64,000 nt of DNA from Squalus acanthias (GCA_030390025.1 CM059432.1:7006001-7070000), one strand, 5' to 3'. Counted from the stretch's first letter, positions 36,281-49,372 are shown. Translations and numbers: made by a program. The notes: generated by a model from the letters alone, not told the origin.

Positions 36281-38511
36281 GTCATTGTGGAGACGAAGTC
36301 CCGTCTTCACACTGAGGACACCCTCCATCGTGTTGTGTGGCACGACCACCGTGCTAAATGGGATAGATTCAGAACAGATCTAGCAGCTCAAAACTGGGCA
36401 TCCATGAGGCGCCGTGGGCCATCAGCAGCAGCAGAATTGTATTCCACCACAATCTGTAACCTCATGGCCCGGCATATCCCTCACTCTACCATTACCATCA
36501 AGCCAGGGGACCAAACCTGGATCAATAAGGAGTGCAGAAGAGCTTGCCGGGAGCAGCACCAGGCGTACCTAAAAATGAGGTGCCAACCTGGGGAAGCTGC
36601 AACACAGGACTACATGCATGCTATAAACAGTGGAAGCAGCATGCTATAGACAGGGCTAAGCAATCCCACAATCAGATCAAAGCTCTGCAGTCCTGCCACA
36701 TCCAGTCGTGAATGGTGGTGGACCATTAAACAACTAACGGGAGGAGGAGGCTCCATGAATAACCCCATCCTCAATGATGGTGGAGCCCAGCATATGAGTG
36801 CAAAAGACAAGGCTGAAGCGTTTGCAACCATCTTCAGCCAGAAGTGCCGAGTGGATGATCCATATTTGCCACCTCCTGAGGTCCCCACCATCACAGAAGC
36901 CAGTCTTCAGCCAATTCGATTCACTCCACGTGATATCAAGAAACGGATCAGCGCACTGGATACAGCAAAGGCCCTGACAACATCCCGGCGATCGTGCTGA
37001 AGACTTGTGCTCCAGAACGAGCCAAGCTCTAGCCAAGCTGTTCCAGTACAGCTACAACACTGGCATCTATCCGACAATGTGGAAAACTGCCCAGGTATGT
37101 CCTGTCCACAAAAAGCAGGACAAATCCAATCCAGCCAATTACCGCCCCATCAGTCGACTCTCAATCATCAGCAAAGTGATGGAAGGTGTCATCGACAGTG
37201 CTATAAAGCTATACTTACTCACCAATAACCTGCTCACTGATGCCCAGTTGGCGTTCCGCCAAGACCACTCGGCTCCCGACCTCATTACAGCCTTGGTCCA
37301 AACATGGACAAAGGTGCTGAATTCCAGAGGTGAGGTGAGAGTGACTGCCCTTGACATCAAGGCAGCATTTGGCCGAGTGTGGCATGAAGGAGCCTTAGTA
37401 AAACTGAAGTCAATGGGAATCGGGGGGAAAACTCTCCACTGGCTGGAGTTATAACTAGCACAAAGGAAGATGGTTGTGGTGATTGAAGCTCAATCATCAC
37501 AGCCCCAGGACATCGCTGCAGAGTTCCTCAGGGCGGTGTCCCAGGCCCAACCATCTTCAGCTGCTTCATCAATGACCTTCCCTCCAACATAAGGTCAGAA
37601 ATGGGGATGTTCGCTGATGACTGCACAGTGTTCAGCACCATTCACAACTCCTCAGATAATGAAGCAGTTCATGCCCGCATGCAACAAGACCTGGACGACG
37701 TTCAGGCTTGGGCTGGTAAGTGGCAGGTAACATTCACACCACAGAAGTGCCAGGCAATGACTATCTCCAACAAGCGAGAGTCTAACCACCGCCCCTTGAC
37801 ATTCAATGGCATTACTATCGCCGAATCCCCCACCATCAACATCCTGGGGGTCACCATTGACCAAAAACTTAACTGGACTAGCCACATAAATACTGTGGCA
37901 ACAAGAGCAGGTCAGAGGCTAGGTATTCTGCGGCGAGTGTCTCACCTCCTGACTCCCCAAAGCCTTTCTACCATCTACAAGGCACAAGTCAGGAGTGTGA
38001 TGGAATACTCTCCACTTGCCTGGATGAGTGCAGCTCCAACAACACTCAAGAAGCTCGACACCATCCAGGACAAAGCAGCCCGCTTGATTGGCACCCATCC
38101 ACCACCTTAAACATTCACTCCCTCCACCACCGGCGTACCGTGGCTGCAGTGTGTACCATCTACAAGATGCACTGCAGCAACTCGCCAAAGCTTCTTCGGC
38201 AGCACCTCCCAAACCCGCGACCTCTTCCACCTAGAAGGACAAGGGCAGCAGGCGCATGGGAGCACCATCACCTCCAAGTTCCCCTCCAAGTCACACACCA
38301 TCCTGACTTAGAAGTATATCGCCGTTCCTTCATCGTCGCTGGGTCAAAATCCTGGAACTCCCTCCCTAACAACACTGTGGGAGTACCTTCACACGGACTG
38401 CAGCGGTTCAAGAAGGCAGCTCACCACCACCTTCTCGAAGGCAATTTGGGATGAGCAATAAATGCTGGCCTTGCCAGCGATGCCCACATCCCGTGAACGA
38501 ATAAAAAAAAA
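36281..38511 (+). mobile_element. Second CR1-group LINE family, 2.2 kb 5'-truncated RT pseudo-ORF
   Basis: NYRPISRLSIISKVME, ALDIKAAFGRVWH, MFADDCTVF, IYKAQVRSVMEY..W; stops and frameshifts; ends cccacatcccgtgaacgaat(a)n. Confidence 0.88.
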
Positions 38512-38560
38512 TGGATCAGACTTTGGCGTTCGGTCTACAAAAATGAGGATATGTGGAAAT

Positions 38561-38705
38561 CAATGTTCCCTGTAAGCTGTGCTTTGTTCTGCGCAGCCTG
38601 TTTCTTTTAATGCGCGGTCCCTTTAAATTTCAGCGCATGCGCGGTATTTACAGTGTAAAAGCTGGTGAGCGCCCTGAGCGGGACCTTTCAGATCACTGTG
38701 CATTG
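38561..38705. mobile_element. Short hAT-like element remnant, related to 2590-2716
   Basis: caatgttccct start and colinear interior. Confidence 0.4.
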
Positions 38706-39146
38706 GTGGAAATGCATTGCTATACCAGTATTTCATTGGCTGTAAAGCTCTTTGGGACATCCGGTGGTCTTGAAAGGCGTTATATAGATGCAAGTCCTTT
38801 TTCTTAAAATTAGCTTAAGTCTGTGTTTAGGGCATTATTATTCGCGTTTGCGGGGATGCGTGTACATTAAGTAAGGTATGTTGTTGCTCTGATATGACAT
38901 TAAGCAATTGCCCATCAAAGATATCAGCTTTCTTTTTAGCAAATGAACATGAACTTGCTACTTAACAGCAACCAAACAAACTGACTCTTCCAATGAGCTT
39001 ATTAATTTAAAAAAATTGGATGAGAAAAGACTTCCAACATTCATATTCTGTTCAAAATGAACTTGCTGTGTAAATTAATTAATTCAATATAACCAACTAG
39101 GATTTTTTAAGTTGTTTTTTTTCTCCCACCATTAAGAATGTAACTA

Positions 39147-39565
39147 CAGGAAACTTTCGTTTATCCGGCATCGACGGGACCGGCGTGGTGCCGGTTTATC
39201 GAAAGTACCGGATAACAGAGAGTTATATCTACCGAGGCTATTTTTAACAAAGAGACACCAAGCAGCACGGGAGAATCTACTCATGCTACTGCAATGTTTC
39301 GGACTTGCGACAGCGCCAGGAGGCCGAGTAGTGGCACTTTTGAAAAGTACCCCTACTGACTAAATCGGCGTTCGCGGACTCGGACTCGGGATCGGCAACA
39401 TTGCCGGTTATTTGAGAGGATTTTTCGGAGCACTCGGCGTTCGCAGAGACTCGACTGCGACTCGGCAACATTGCCGGTTATTTGAGAGGAGTTTTCAGAG
39501 GATGATTTTTGCCGGTTAAGCGAGAATTCCGGATATTTGGGTGCCGGATAAACGAAAGTTTCCTG
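39147..39565. mobile_element. Tc1/mariner-superfamily (pogo/Tigger-like) MITE, relative of 31309
   Basis: Perfect 24 bp TIR caggaaactttcgtttatccggca, TA flanks, shared subterminal cgacgggaccggcgtggtgccggtt; internal duplication of about 68 bp. Confidence 0.88.
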
Positions 39566-40519
39566 TATATCGAAACCTTTTAAAGTAAAATTGATGGAGC
39601 AGTATTTATTACCAGCGAGACAAATGGGTAACAATTTGTTTTAACTGTTATTGTTTTCAATAAGCCTATAATTGGTATAGAGGAAAGTTACACTACAAGT
39701 TTAAGTTCACTTCTGCTCGCTTTTAAACTTATTTATGTTTCTTCAGCTGCAGCAGAATCCAACCCTGTAGATTCCAGTCACTTAGTCTCAATTGGAAAAA
39801 GGGGGATTTTTATCTTTGGCTCTGTTTTGTATGAAACATTATTAAACGCTATCCTGCTGTTGATCTCAAGAATCATACCAATACAATTTGATGAAATATA
39901 ACCCATATGGAACATATATTTGTGCCTCCTAATGTGGCTATTTGGAAAAATCTTACATTCATATAAAAAGGACACATCCTTTACTCATTAGTTGGAAGAA
40001 ACAGGGTTTTTGGCATAGGGTTCTTGTGGAAACACTCTATTGCTTTTTATGCGGATTGGTCTTTAGTTTTTGATGACACTGTTTAGAATAGGAAGTATCT
40101 AATAAGCAAAGCATTTTCTTTAATGTATTGCCAGCTTATTTAATGTATGCCTGGAGGTCTGAAATTTTATCTTCGATGTTGCAATAATATGTATTTAATT
40201 CTCTGAAGTGTTCATAGCAGAAGCTTCATACTTTAAGGGCAGTAGAAAATATTTTTTCAAATATAGTAATTTGAAACATCTGCAGTGATTAAAAGGAATA
40301 AAATGTGCAGCAGTCTTTTATAACTCAATCACATTCATGTTAACCCATACCAGTAGCCAATTACATTTTCTCATTTGCTTCAAGTCAGCTTCGGAAATGT
40401 GTTGTTCTGCTTTTGCTCAATTTACACAATAAAGTTTTAATACACTTGCAGTCAGTAGGAATTTGCTTATATTGAGAGTGATTTTAGCAATTCCAGTGGC
40501 ATTCGTAGCAGGGCACTTC

Positions 40520-40870
40520 GTCTTTTTTCTATTCGTTCCTGGGATGTGGGCGTCGCCTACAAGGCCAGCATTTATTGCCTGTCCCTAATTGCCCTGGAGG
40601 AGGTGGTGGTGAGCCGCCTTCTTGAACCGCTGCTGTCCGTGTGGTGAAGGTACTCCCACAGTGCTGTTAGGGAGGGAGTTCCAGGATTTTGACCCAGCGA
40701 CGATGAAGGAACGGCGATATATTTCCAAGTCAGGATGGTGTGTGACTTGGAGGGGAACTTGGAGGTGGTGGTGTTCCCATCCCTTGTCCTTCTAGGCGGT
40801 AGAGATCGCGGGTTTGGGAGGTGCTGTCGAAGAAGCCTTGGCGAGTTGCTGCAATGAATCTTGTAGATGG
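40520..40870 (-). mobile_element. 3' end of the 36281 LINE family
   Basis: Reverse complement matches 38155-38510. Confidence 0.85.
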
Positions 40871-41358
40871 ACTATTTTTATAGTCAAAGGTTTTAGACCT
40901 GGTCTAAAAGACCATTCTGCCCACCATAGGCATGACAATTTCTTGTCCGTTTCTATACTGTGTTAATTTGACCACCCTCTGGAAAGTGCTGCCCTTGGCT
41001 GCAGTTTGGGTGTTCGGAGTATGACTGAACTCTTATTCACCTCCAGTGATTTGTAAACCCACTGTCTCAACTGGAGATTCACAAGAGTGTGAGGTAAGAG
41101 ACTGAACGGTGGCAAGAAGTAAGTTGGAGGAGAAGAAATGCTGAACAGAAGTGTACTCTAGGTGCCAATTTGGATGTGGGGAATTATACATAACAATCTG
41201 GGGAGGAGAAAGGATATAAATCAATAAAAAATACGGAATGTATGTGCTAAACGGTGAAGTTCTGAACACAGTGAATCCTGAAATGTGATTTTATAACGGT
41301 GGGGCTCTGCTGTAAATTTTAAACCAGGACTTGTGGAAAATAAAATATAGACATCTTT

Positions 41359-41550
41359 GGGGTGCAATTCCACTTTGGTGGTAGTACAGAAGGGGCGATG
41401 GCGAATGGGCGGCCTGTTTTATACACCCCGGCCCATTTCTAATTTCCTTTGAAGTCGATGGAAAGGAAAAGAAAAGCAAGCAGAGTGTAGAGTGGGCCGC
41501 CAATTTGCTGTCGCCCCATTTAAGCTACCGCCAAAGTCAAATTTCACCCC
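41359..41550. mobile_element. Palindromic (fold-back) MITE
   Basis: ggggtgcaattccactttggtggtag / ctaccgccaaagtcaaatttcacccc, with further paired blocks ggggcgatggcgaatgggcggcc / ggccgccaatttgctgtcgcccc. Confidence 0.75.
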
Positions 41551-41836
41551 CTTAATACTTAAGGAAAGTGGGATGATAACCTGTTGGTTCTATTTCAACA
41601 TTTTGTCTGTATTGATTGTTAGTATTTTTGATAAATAGTGAATCTCCCATGGCTTTGCATACAGTTAGTCAGAAAACCTGGTTTGTCTTTCAACTGTGTT
41701 TGTTAACAACAGGCTAAGAAGTATTGCAGTGCCAATTCTGGAGCAAGTAGGAATAACATGCATTACCCATTCATTTCAATGTATTCGGTACATAATTGGG
41801 TTATCAAAGATTTTATATCCTGTGTATGTATATATG

Positions 41837-42419
41837 TGTCAGCCATAGCTCAGTAGGTAGCACTCTCGCCTCTGAGTCAGTAGACCGCAGGTTCAAGTTC
41901 CACCCCATTGATGTCAGCACATAATCCAGGCTGACGCTCCAGTGCAGTACTGAGGGAGTGCTGGACTGTCCGAGATGCCGCCTTTCGGATGAGACGTTAA
42001 ACCCAGGTCCCAACTGCCCCCCTCAGGTGAACGTAAGAGATCCCGTGGCACTATTTCAAAGCAGAGCGGGGGAGTTCTCCCCAGTGTCCTGGCCAATACT
42101 TATCCCTCAACCGACATCACTAAAACATACAAAATAAAAACAGAAAATGCTGGAAATACTCAGCAGGTCAGACAGCATCTTTCATCTCTCTCCACAGATA
42201 CTGCCTGACCTGCTGAGTATTTCCAGCATTTTCTGTTTTTATTTCAGATTTCCAGCATCCACAGTATTTTGCTTTTCACTAAAACAGATTATCTGGTCAT
42301 TATCACATTGCTGTCTGTGGGAGCATTCTATGCGCAAATTGGCTGCCACGTTTCCTACATTACAACAGTGACTACTCTTCAAAAAGTACTTCAATGGCTG
42401 TAAAGCACTTTCTTTCTTT
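41837..42419 (+). mobile_element. DeuSINE interrupted by a Penelope-type insertion
   Basis: A box tagctcagtagg, B box ggttcaagttcc, Deu core, tail; insert at 42128-42275. Confidence 0.85.
42128..42275. mobile_element. Penelope-like inverted pseudo-LTR micro-insertion, 11 bp TSD
   Basis: TSD tcactaaaaca (42117-27, 42276-86); inverted arms 42132-42180 and 42196-42244; same terminal sequence as the Penelope fragment at 50524. Confidence 0.75.
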
Positions 42420-42754
42420 ATAGATATTTGTATTTTAAAAATAGCACATATTATGTATTTTTATTGATTTATATCCTTTCTCCTCCCCAGTTTATGTATA
42501 ATTCCTGCATCCGAATTGGCACATAGAGTACCCTTCTGCAATACTTGCTTCTAGTATTCTGCCTGCACTGACTTGAACTGATTAATATTGAGTGCATGAG
42601 CAGACCATGGATGATTTGCTTCTGCCGTTTCAATCTTTACACTGAAATGTCTTGTTGATGGCTGAGATCGGAAACTTGCTTATTGGGAATCCCGGAGCTT
42701 CAACCCACATCTAACAATTTCGTGACATGCTGTTCTTCTTTCAGCTAATATGTT

Positions 42755-43484
42755 GGCCCGTAATTTCCGATAGGAGGCTTCCTGCGTGCGGATGCCTCCT
42801 ATCGGAAAAAAATCTACGCTCTTACCTGAGGGCTCCCGAGGTCCAGCCATTTCCGCTCCTGGGCCTCTCCACACTCGAAATGTGCAGGGCCCACGTATCC
42901 CAGGGGCGCAGGCGGTTCACAAGCGTCCCTGGGATCACGTGGGCCAGGCCAGCCAATAGGAGAAGGGAATCTCCCTTCATACTTATGACAGAGACCTGTC
43001 AAAAGTATGAATGGGGATCACTGAAAAAAAACATCAAAACATTAAATACATTTTATTTTTAAATCACGTTTTTAAAATGAGTTAAAATGACATTAAATTA
43101 AATATTTTAAACAAAAATTTAGAAAAAATAATTAAAGTTTTTTATGGGGCTAAAAATAAACGTAACTTTTTTTTAAAGTATTTTTAAATTATACTCTTAT
43201 GCTGGTAAAAGCAGGCCTTATGCAGGCTTTTACCAGGCATAAGATTTTTAAGGGTTTTCAGCGGGCAGAGGTTCTGCAGAAAGCGGAACTCCCCCCCCCC
43301 CCCCCCTCCCCCCGCAGAGGCCCTTCTCCAGGGCAGGCAGAGGATCTGTCAGGCGCATTCTTGACAGATCGGAAATGCCGGTTTACAGCCCATGCGCTTC
43401 GCATGCCTGAAACCGGCATTTCCGATGTCCCTACGGGTGTGTACACAGCTCGTACCGACCCGTAGGGATCGGAAAATACGGGCC
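42755..43484. mobile_element. MITE family A, copy 3
   Basis: TIR ggcccgtaatttccgat / atcggaaaatacgggcc; shared interior motifs. Confidence 0.82.
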
Positions 43485-43617
43485 ATTGTATCATCAGAGT
43501 CACTTGCATTGGTCCTACTTAATAAACTGTGTTCAATAATACATTACACAGAAATATTTGGGGAAGGTAATGCAGTGGGCTAAGGTTTTAATACGAGTGT
43601 TCACTAAAGACCTGCAA

Positions 43618-44070
43618 AAAGAAAGAAGAACGAACTTCCATTTATGCAGCACCTTTCACAACTTTTTGGATGTCCCAAAGCATTTCACAGCCAGTGAAGT
43701 ACTTTTGAAGTGTAGTCCCTGTTGTAATTTTCACACAGCAAGGTCCCACAAACAGCAATGAGAGAAAGGACCAGTTAAACTGTTTTAGTGATGTGTAGTT
43801 GAGGGATAAATATTGGCCAGGGCAATGAGAACTCCCCGGCTCCCTTCAAATGGCGCTATAGCATCTTTTACGTGCAGCCGAGAGGGCAGACAGGGCCTCG
43901 GTTTAAACTTTTAATTTGGACGACAGCATCTCCCAAAAGTACAACACTCCCTCAGTTTCTGCACTGAAGTGTCAGCTTAGATTACGCGGTCAAGTTACGG
44001 AGTGGGGTTTAAATCTGCAAACTTCTGACTCTGAGGCGAAAGTACTGCCCCTGTGTGAAGGTTGACGCTT
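43618..44070 (-). mobile_element. Diverged DeuSINE
   Basis: Tail, gagggataaatattggccagg and head remnants on the minus strand. Confidence 0.75.
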
Positions 44071-44378
44071 GTGTGCCAAATTCTCTTGAGCCAGTCACGC
44101 ACCTTCTGATCAGTTCAAGAGCAATACTGCAGATGCCTGGGACGCCTCTCATTTATCAACCAGGAAATAGTATGTGATGCAGGAGGGGTGGAAGTGGGAG
44201 AGTAAAGTATTTTACAAGTTGCGATGCAAAAAAAACCCGCGAATATGTGAATTTAAAAGATATTTTGAATTTTATTTTGTTTTATTACAGTTTTAATTGA
44301 TTTTATTTGCACATTAATGAATGCAAAGGTAATTAAAGGCACTGGTGACACTTTTGGCATGCAAGCTGTTTACACAAG

Positions 44379-45201
44379 GGGGGGCGATTTTGCCAGCCCT
44401 GGGGAGGCGGGACTGCCGGGAAAATGGCAGAATCTGGGGGTGGGTACCCAACCTGCCTCCGTGCCATCTTCCCAGGAGGCGGGAAGCCGACCCGCGTTGG
44501 GAGCCATCTCCCCGAGGCGGGAAGGGGATTAGTGCCAATTAACTGCCTGTTAACAGGTAGTTAACGGGCAGTTTTTTGGCTAATCCCTATTTTGAGCCCT
44601 GAAGTGTGGGCTTCCCGACGGCTACGAACCTCGCCAGGGTCAGCGAGGCGGGCCGTCGGTCTGCGGGGTTCGGAGGGGCCAAGATGTCCGGTGTGCAGGT
44701 GAGTGATGGGTGCATGTGTGCAGCGGTAAGTGTGTGAGGTGTGTGTAGAGTGTTTTAATAAGTTTTACTTACCTTTACTTCTTCCTGCAGGCTTCCTCCC
44801 TCCAGGTCTCGGGAGTCCCTCAGCTAACCGGCACAGAAAGCAGAATGGCCGCTGAACTGTCAAAAGCTGCAGCCTTCTGCTTTCTGCTCAGGAAGGCTTT
44901 CTAATTGAGTCTTGAGTAAAGACTCAGCTTAGAAGACAGATTGTCAGTGTTTGACAGATTCACAGAGCTGTCAAACGCGGTCATTTCATCTGTCAAAAGC
45001 TCTTGACAGATGAAACGTCACTCGCTGACGTCACCTGTAACTGGCTTTCCCTTAATTGGCCTGCTAAGCCCGCTGGGCGGGCTTAACAAGGTCAATCAAG
45101 GGAAACTAGCGTGGCTTGGCCACAAGTCGATGGAGGCGGGACTAAAACCCGACAAGTGGGAGTCCCGCCTCCAAAAGCTCCCCATTGAGAAAATCCAGCC
45201 C
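44379..45201. mobile_element. GC-rich MITE with GGG termini
   Basis: ggggcgattttgcc / gagaaaatccagccc ends; subterminal ggaggcgggact present near both ends and inverted (agtcccgcctcc). Confidence 0.6.
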
Positions 45202-45262
45202 AAGATGTCTGTTATTATATGCCACCTCCCCCAATTTTCTCAATTGCTCTCTTAAAGGCACG

Positions 45263-46009
45263 GGGCCAGATCTTGCTGGAGGGGGCATCTCGCACTGTAC
45301 GCCATTAGTTAGACTTTTTCCTGCACCCTTGAGCTCAAAAGTTCTTCGTACCATAACTTTCTGGAAGTGCGAGCTGATAATGGCGCGGCACGGGCAACGG
45401 AACATCTGGGACCTCGGTGAACGATGGGACCAACAGTCTATCTCGTAACCAATGAGATTTAAGGATTGAGAAAGAAACAGGAGAACAACGGAGAAGGAAA
45501 TAGGGCGAATTAGAGTCAAATTAGAGAAAGTGAAATAAAAAGAGGGAAAGAAAGATTAGATTAAGAGAGAGAGAGAAAAAAGAGAAAGAAATGAAAAGTA
45601 AGAACAAAAATGATCAATTTAAACATTTTTTTAAATCTCTAAGAACAATTTCTCAACCTGAAGGAATGAGACTCTGCAGCTTCAGTTGTTCCCGTTATGG
45701 GCCAGAGAGGTTGATTGGCATTGCATTAACAATTACCATGTCGTTAAAAAGGTACTTACGCTATTAATTACCAGACTTAACTTTCTGTGGTGCGTTTAAT
45801 GGGCAATTAATGTGCAGATCCAGCAACTTCATGAAACTCACAGGGAGATGCCGTTTGTGCGAAGCAAACAGCTGTAAATCGAACAGGAAATCCTGGAGAT
45901 GCATAACTCATGGCATATCTCCTAATCCCCTGAACAAGCTGGCCAATTTGCACATTAATAACAGCGTGCGTCATTAGTGCGCCGTTATTTTTCTAGCAAG
46001 ATTCGGCCC
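45263..46009. mobile_element. MITE family B, copy 1
   Basis: TIR gggccagatcttgctgg / ctagcaagattcggccc; colinear with 48505-49246 (aagtgcgagctgataa, acatctgggacct, GA-rich core, cctgaaggaatgagactc). Confidence 0.8.
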
Positions 46010-46185
46010 ATTGATTCCTTGCTGGGTTCAGTTCCACACAGACTGGCTGCCATCCAGTACTTCACCCAAGTGGCAATTCGTCAGGTGCTGGTAGTAAGGG
46101 CCAGAAGGCTAGTCAATAGTGAGGGGCGTCACAGCTGAACCCAGTCATGTCATCATAAGTACAGTCTTGCAGACTTCCAGCAGAG

Positions 46186-48285
46186 ATATAGGAACAGGAG
46201 GAGGCCATTGAGCTCCTCGAGTCTGTTCTGCCATTCAGTTAGATCATTGCTGATCTGTATCTTAACTCCATCTACCTGCCTTGGTTCCGTAACCCTTACT
46301 ACCCTTGCCTGATAAAAATCTATCAATCTCAGTTTTGAAATTTTCAATTGACTCCCAGCCTCAACAGCTTTTGGGGAGAGAGTCCATATTTCCACTACCC
46401 TTTGTGTGAAGAAGTGCTTCCTCACCTATTCTCAACTATTCACAGTATTTATTAACAACTTAGATGATGGCATAGAAAGTCATCTATCCATATTTGCCAG
46501 TGACACAAAGATAGGCGGCATTGTAGGCAGTGTAAATGGAAGCATAAAATTACAAAGGGGATATTGACAGATTCATTGAATGGGCAAAACTGTGGCAAAT
46601 GGATTTCAGTGTAGACAAATGTGAGGTCCTAATTGGACTTTGGACCTAAAAAGGATAGAACAGGGTACTTTCTAAATGGTGAAAGGCCAAAAACAGTGGA
46701 GGTCCAAAGAGGCTTGGAGGTCCAGGTACATAGGTCATTAAAATGTCATGAACAGGTACAGAAAATAATCAAAAAGGCTAATGGAATGCTGGCCTTTTTA
46801 TCGAGAGGACTAGACTACAAGGGGGTAGAAGTTATGCTGCAGCTGTACAAAACCCTGGTTAGACCACACCTGGAGTACTGTGAGCAGTTCTGGGCACCAC
46901 ACCTTCGGAAGGATATATTGGCCTTGGAGGGAGTGCAGCGTAGGTTTACTGGACTCCAAGGGTTAAGTTACGAGAAGAGATTACACAAATTAGGGTTGTA
47001 TTCCCTAGAATTTAGAAGGTTAAGGGGTGATCTGATCAAAGTTTTCAGGATAGTAAGGGGAACAGATAGGGTAGATAGAGAGAAACTGTTTCCACTGGTT
47101 GGGGATTCTAAGACTAGGGGGCACAGTCTACAAATTAGAGCCAGATGTTTCAGGAGGGAAATTAGGAAACACTTCTACACATAAAGGGTGGTAGAAGTTT
47201 GGAACTCTCTTTCGCAAACGGCTACTGATGCTAAATCAATTGTTAATTTTCAATTGGAGATTGATAGCTTTCTGTTAACCAAAGGTATTAAGGGATATGG
47301 GCCAAAGGCGATATATGGAGTTTGGTGGCAGATCAGCCATGATCTCATTGAATGGTGGAGCAGGCTCGAGGGGCTGAATGGCCTACTCATGTTCCTCACA
47401 TCATCCCTGAACTGGCCCTGCTCTAATTTTAAGGTTATGCCCCCCACCAGAGGGAATAGTTTCTCTCTGTCTACCCTATGAATTCCTTTAATCATCTTAA
47501 ACACCTCAATTAGATCACCTCTTAATCTTCTATACTCAAGGGAATTAAAGCCGTGTCTATGCAACCTGCCCTCGTAATTTAATCCTGTTAGCCCCGGTAT
47601 CGTATCAGGGAAATCGGGTGCTGGATTCTTTTGAGAAATAACCTTACAACATACATCGTCATTCAGCCAATACCCTATGCTAAGCAATACTGATAATTAC
47701 AGTGTCCCAACTTAATAGAAGAGAAAAGCTGCAGTACATAGATCATTGAATTTGGATTTGTATAATTACCTAACATGGATATACTTGCCATAGAGGGAGT
47801 GCAGCGAAGGTTCACCAGACTGATTCCTGGGATGGCAGGACTGTCATATGAGGAGAGATTGGGTCGACTGGGCCTGTATTCACTAGAGTTTAGAAGAATG
47901 AGAGGGGATCTCATTGAAACGTATAAAATTCTGACAGGGCTAGACAGACTGGATACAGAGGGGATATTTCCCCTGGCTGGGGGAGTCTAGAACGAGGGGT
48001 CACAGTCTCAGGATATGGGGTAGGACATTTAGGACTGAGATGAGGAGAAATTTCTTCACTCAGAGGGTGGTGAACCCTTGGAATTCTCTGCCACAGAAGG
48101 CTGTGGCGGCCAAGTCACTGAATATATTTAAGAAGAAGATAGACAGATTTCTGGACACAAAAGGCATCAAGGGGTATGGGGAGAAGGGGAAATATGGTAT
48201 TGAGATAGAGGATCAGCCATGATCATATTGAATGGTGGAGCAGGCTCGAAGGGCCTATTCCTGCTCCTATTTTTCTATGTTTCTA
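46186..48285. mobile_element. Cluster of four CR1 fragments in alternating orientation
   Basis: Minus 46186-46425, plus 46425-47395 (LVRPHLEYCEQFWAP), minus 47396-47605, plus 47775-48285 (AIEGVQRRFTRLIPG). Confidence 0.85.
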
Positions 48286-48504
48286 TTAATAATAGAAGAC
48301 GTTATGTTAAAGTAAAAATGTTAAATGTCAATGAGATATTGACATCCAGTGCGGAGGTAAATGAGTATGATAATATTTTTGGACAACTTCGCTATTACTG
48401 ATGTTGGCAGCACTATCCAACATGGTGAACAATTGCAATTCATCTTTAGGTGGAAGTTTATATATTATTAGAAAGTTTTTATTTTTGCACTTTTCGAAAT
48501 TAAT

Positions 48505-49246
48505 GGGCTAGAATTTGCCGTGGTAGGGCACCTATCGGCGTCTGCTGTTAGTCAGACTTGCCCCTGCATGTTTAGGTTTTTAAATTTTTTGCGTGGCAAG
48601 TTGCTGAAAGTGCGAGCTGATAACGGCGCAGCGAGGGGAAACCAGACATCTGGGACCTGAGTGAACAGGGCAAGCAACAGGGTACCTGGACTGAGAAGGA
48701 AGTGTAAATTAGAGTGGGTGAATTCCATGTCACATCAGATGCAGAAAGAGAAATAAAGAGAGGGAAAGAAAGATTGGATTAAGAGCGAGAGAAAAGAGAC
48801 AGAAAGGAAAAGTTTAAAAAATTGTTAAAATTACATCTTTAAAATGTCCAACAACAATTAAAACCTGAAGGAATGAGACTCCACACTTGTAATAGTTAAT
48901 TTTCAGTGCCAGAGAGGTTGACTTGCAGTAATGAACATTTATCATGTCGTTAAAAGGGTACTTAAACTGGAATGGACAAGACTTAACTTCCTGTGGCGAG
49001 TTTAGTTCGTATCTACTGCGCAAATACAACAACTTTACACCGTTCAATGCATTTCGATGGTGAGGCAGACAGCGAGACATCGTTTTCGCAAAGCTAATGG
49101 CGGAACAGCGCAACTTGGATAGCAACTTTTGGATGTTTGCGTTTAACTGCGCATCTTCTCCTCGCCTGAAGTTGCTGTACCATTTGTGCATAAAGAACAG
49201 CGAGCGCCATTCGCCTCACTGTTAGTTTGACAGCAAAATCTGGGCC
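48505..49246. mobile_element. MITE family B, copy 2
   Basis: TIR gggctagaatttgc / gcaaaatctgggcc; colinear with 45263-46009. Confidence 0.8.
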
Positions 49247-49372
49247 ATTAATGTTCTTGAAGAACGTGCTGTGTATAATCTTGTGCACTGCTGACTTAGT
49301 CTTTTATGTCTTCGCTTATTTGCATGCCAGAAATTCCAGTATTCCGCTAACTCTCACATCTTATCATTGCAG

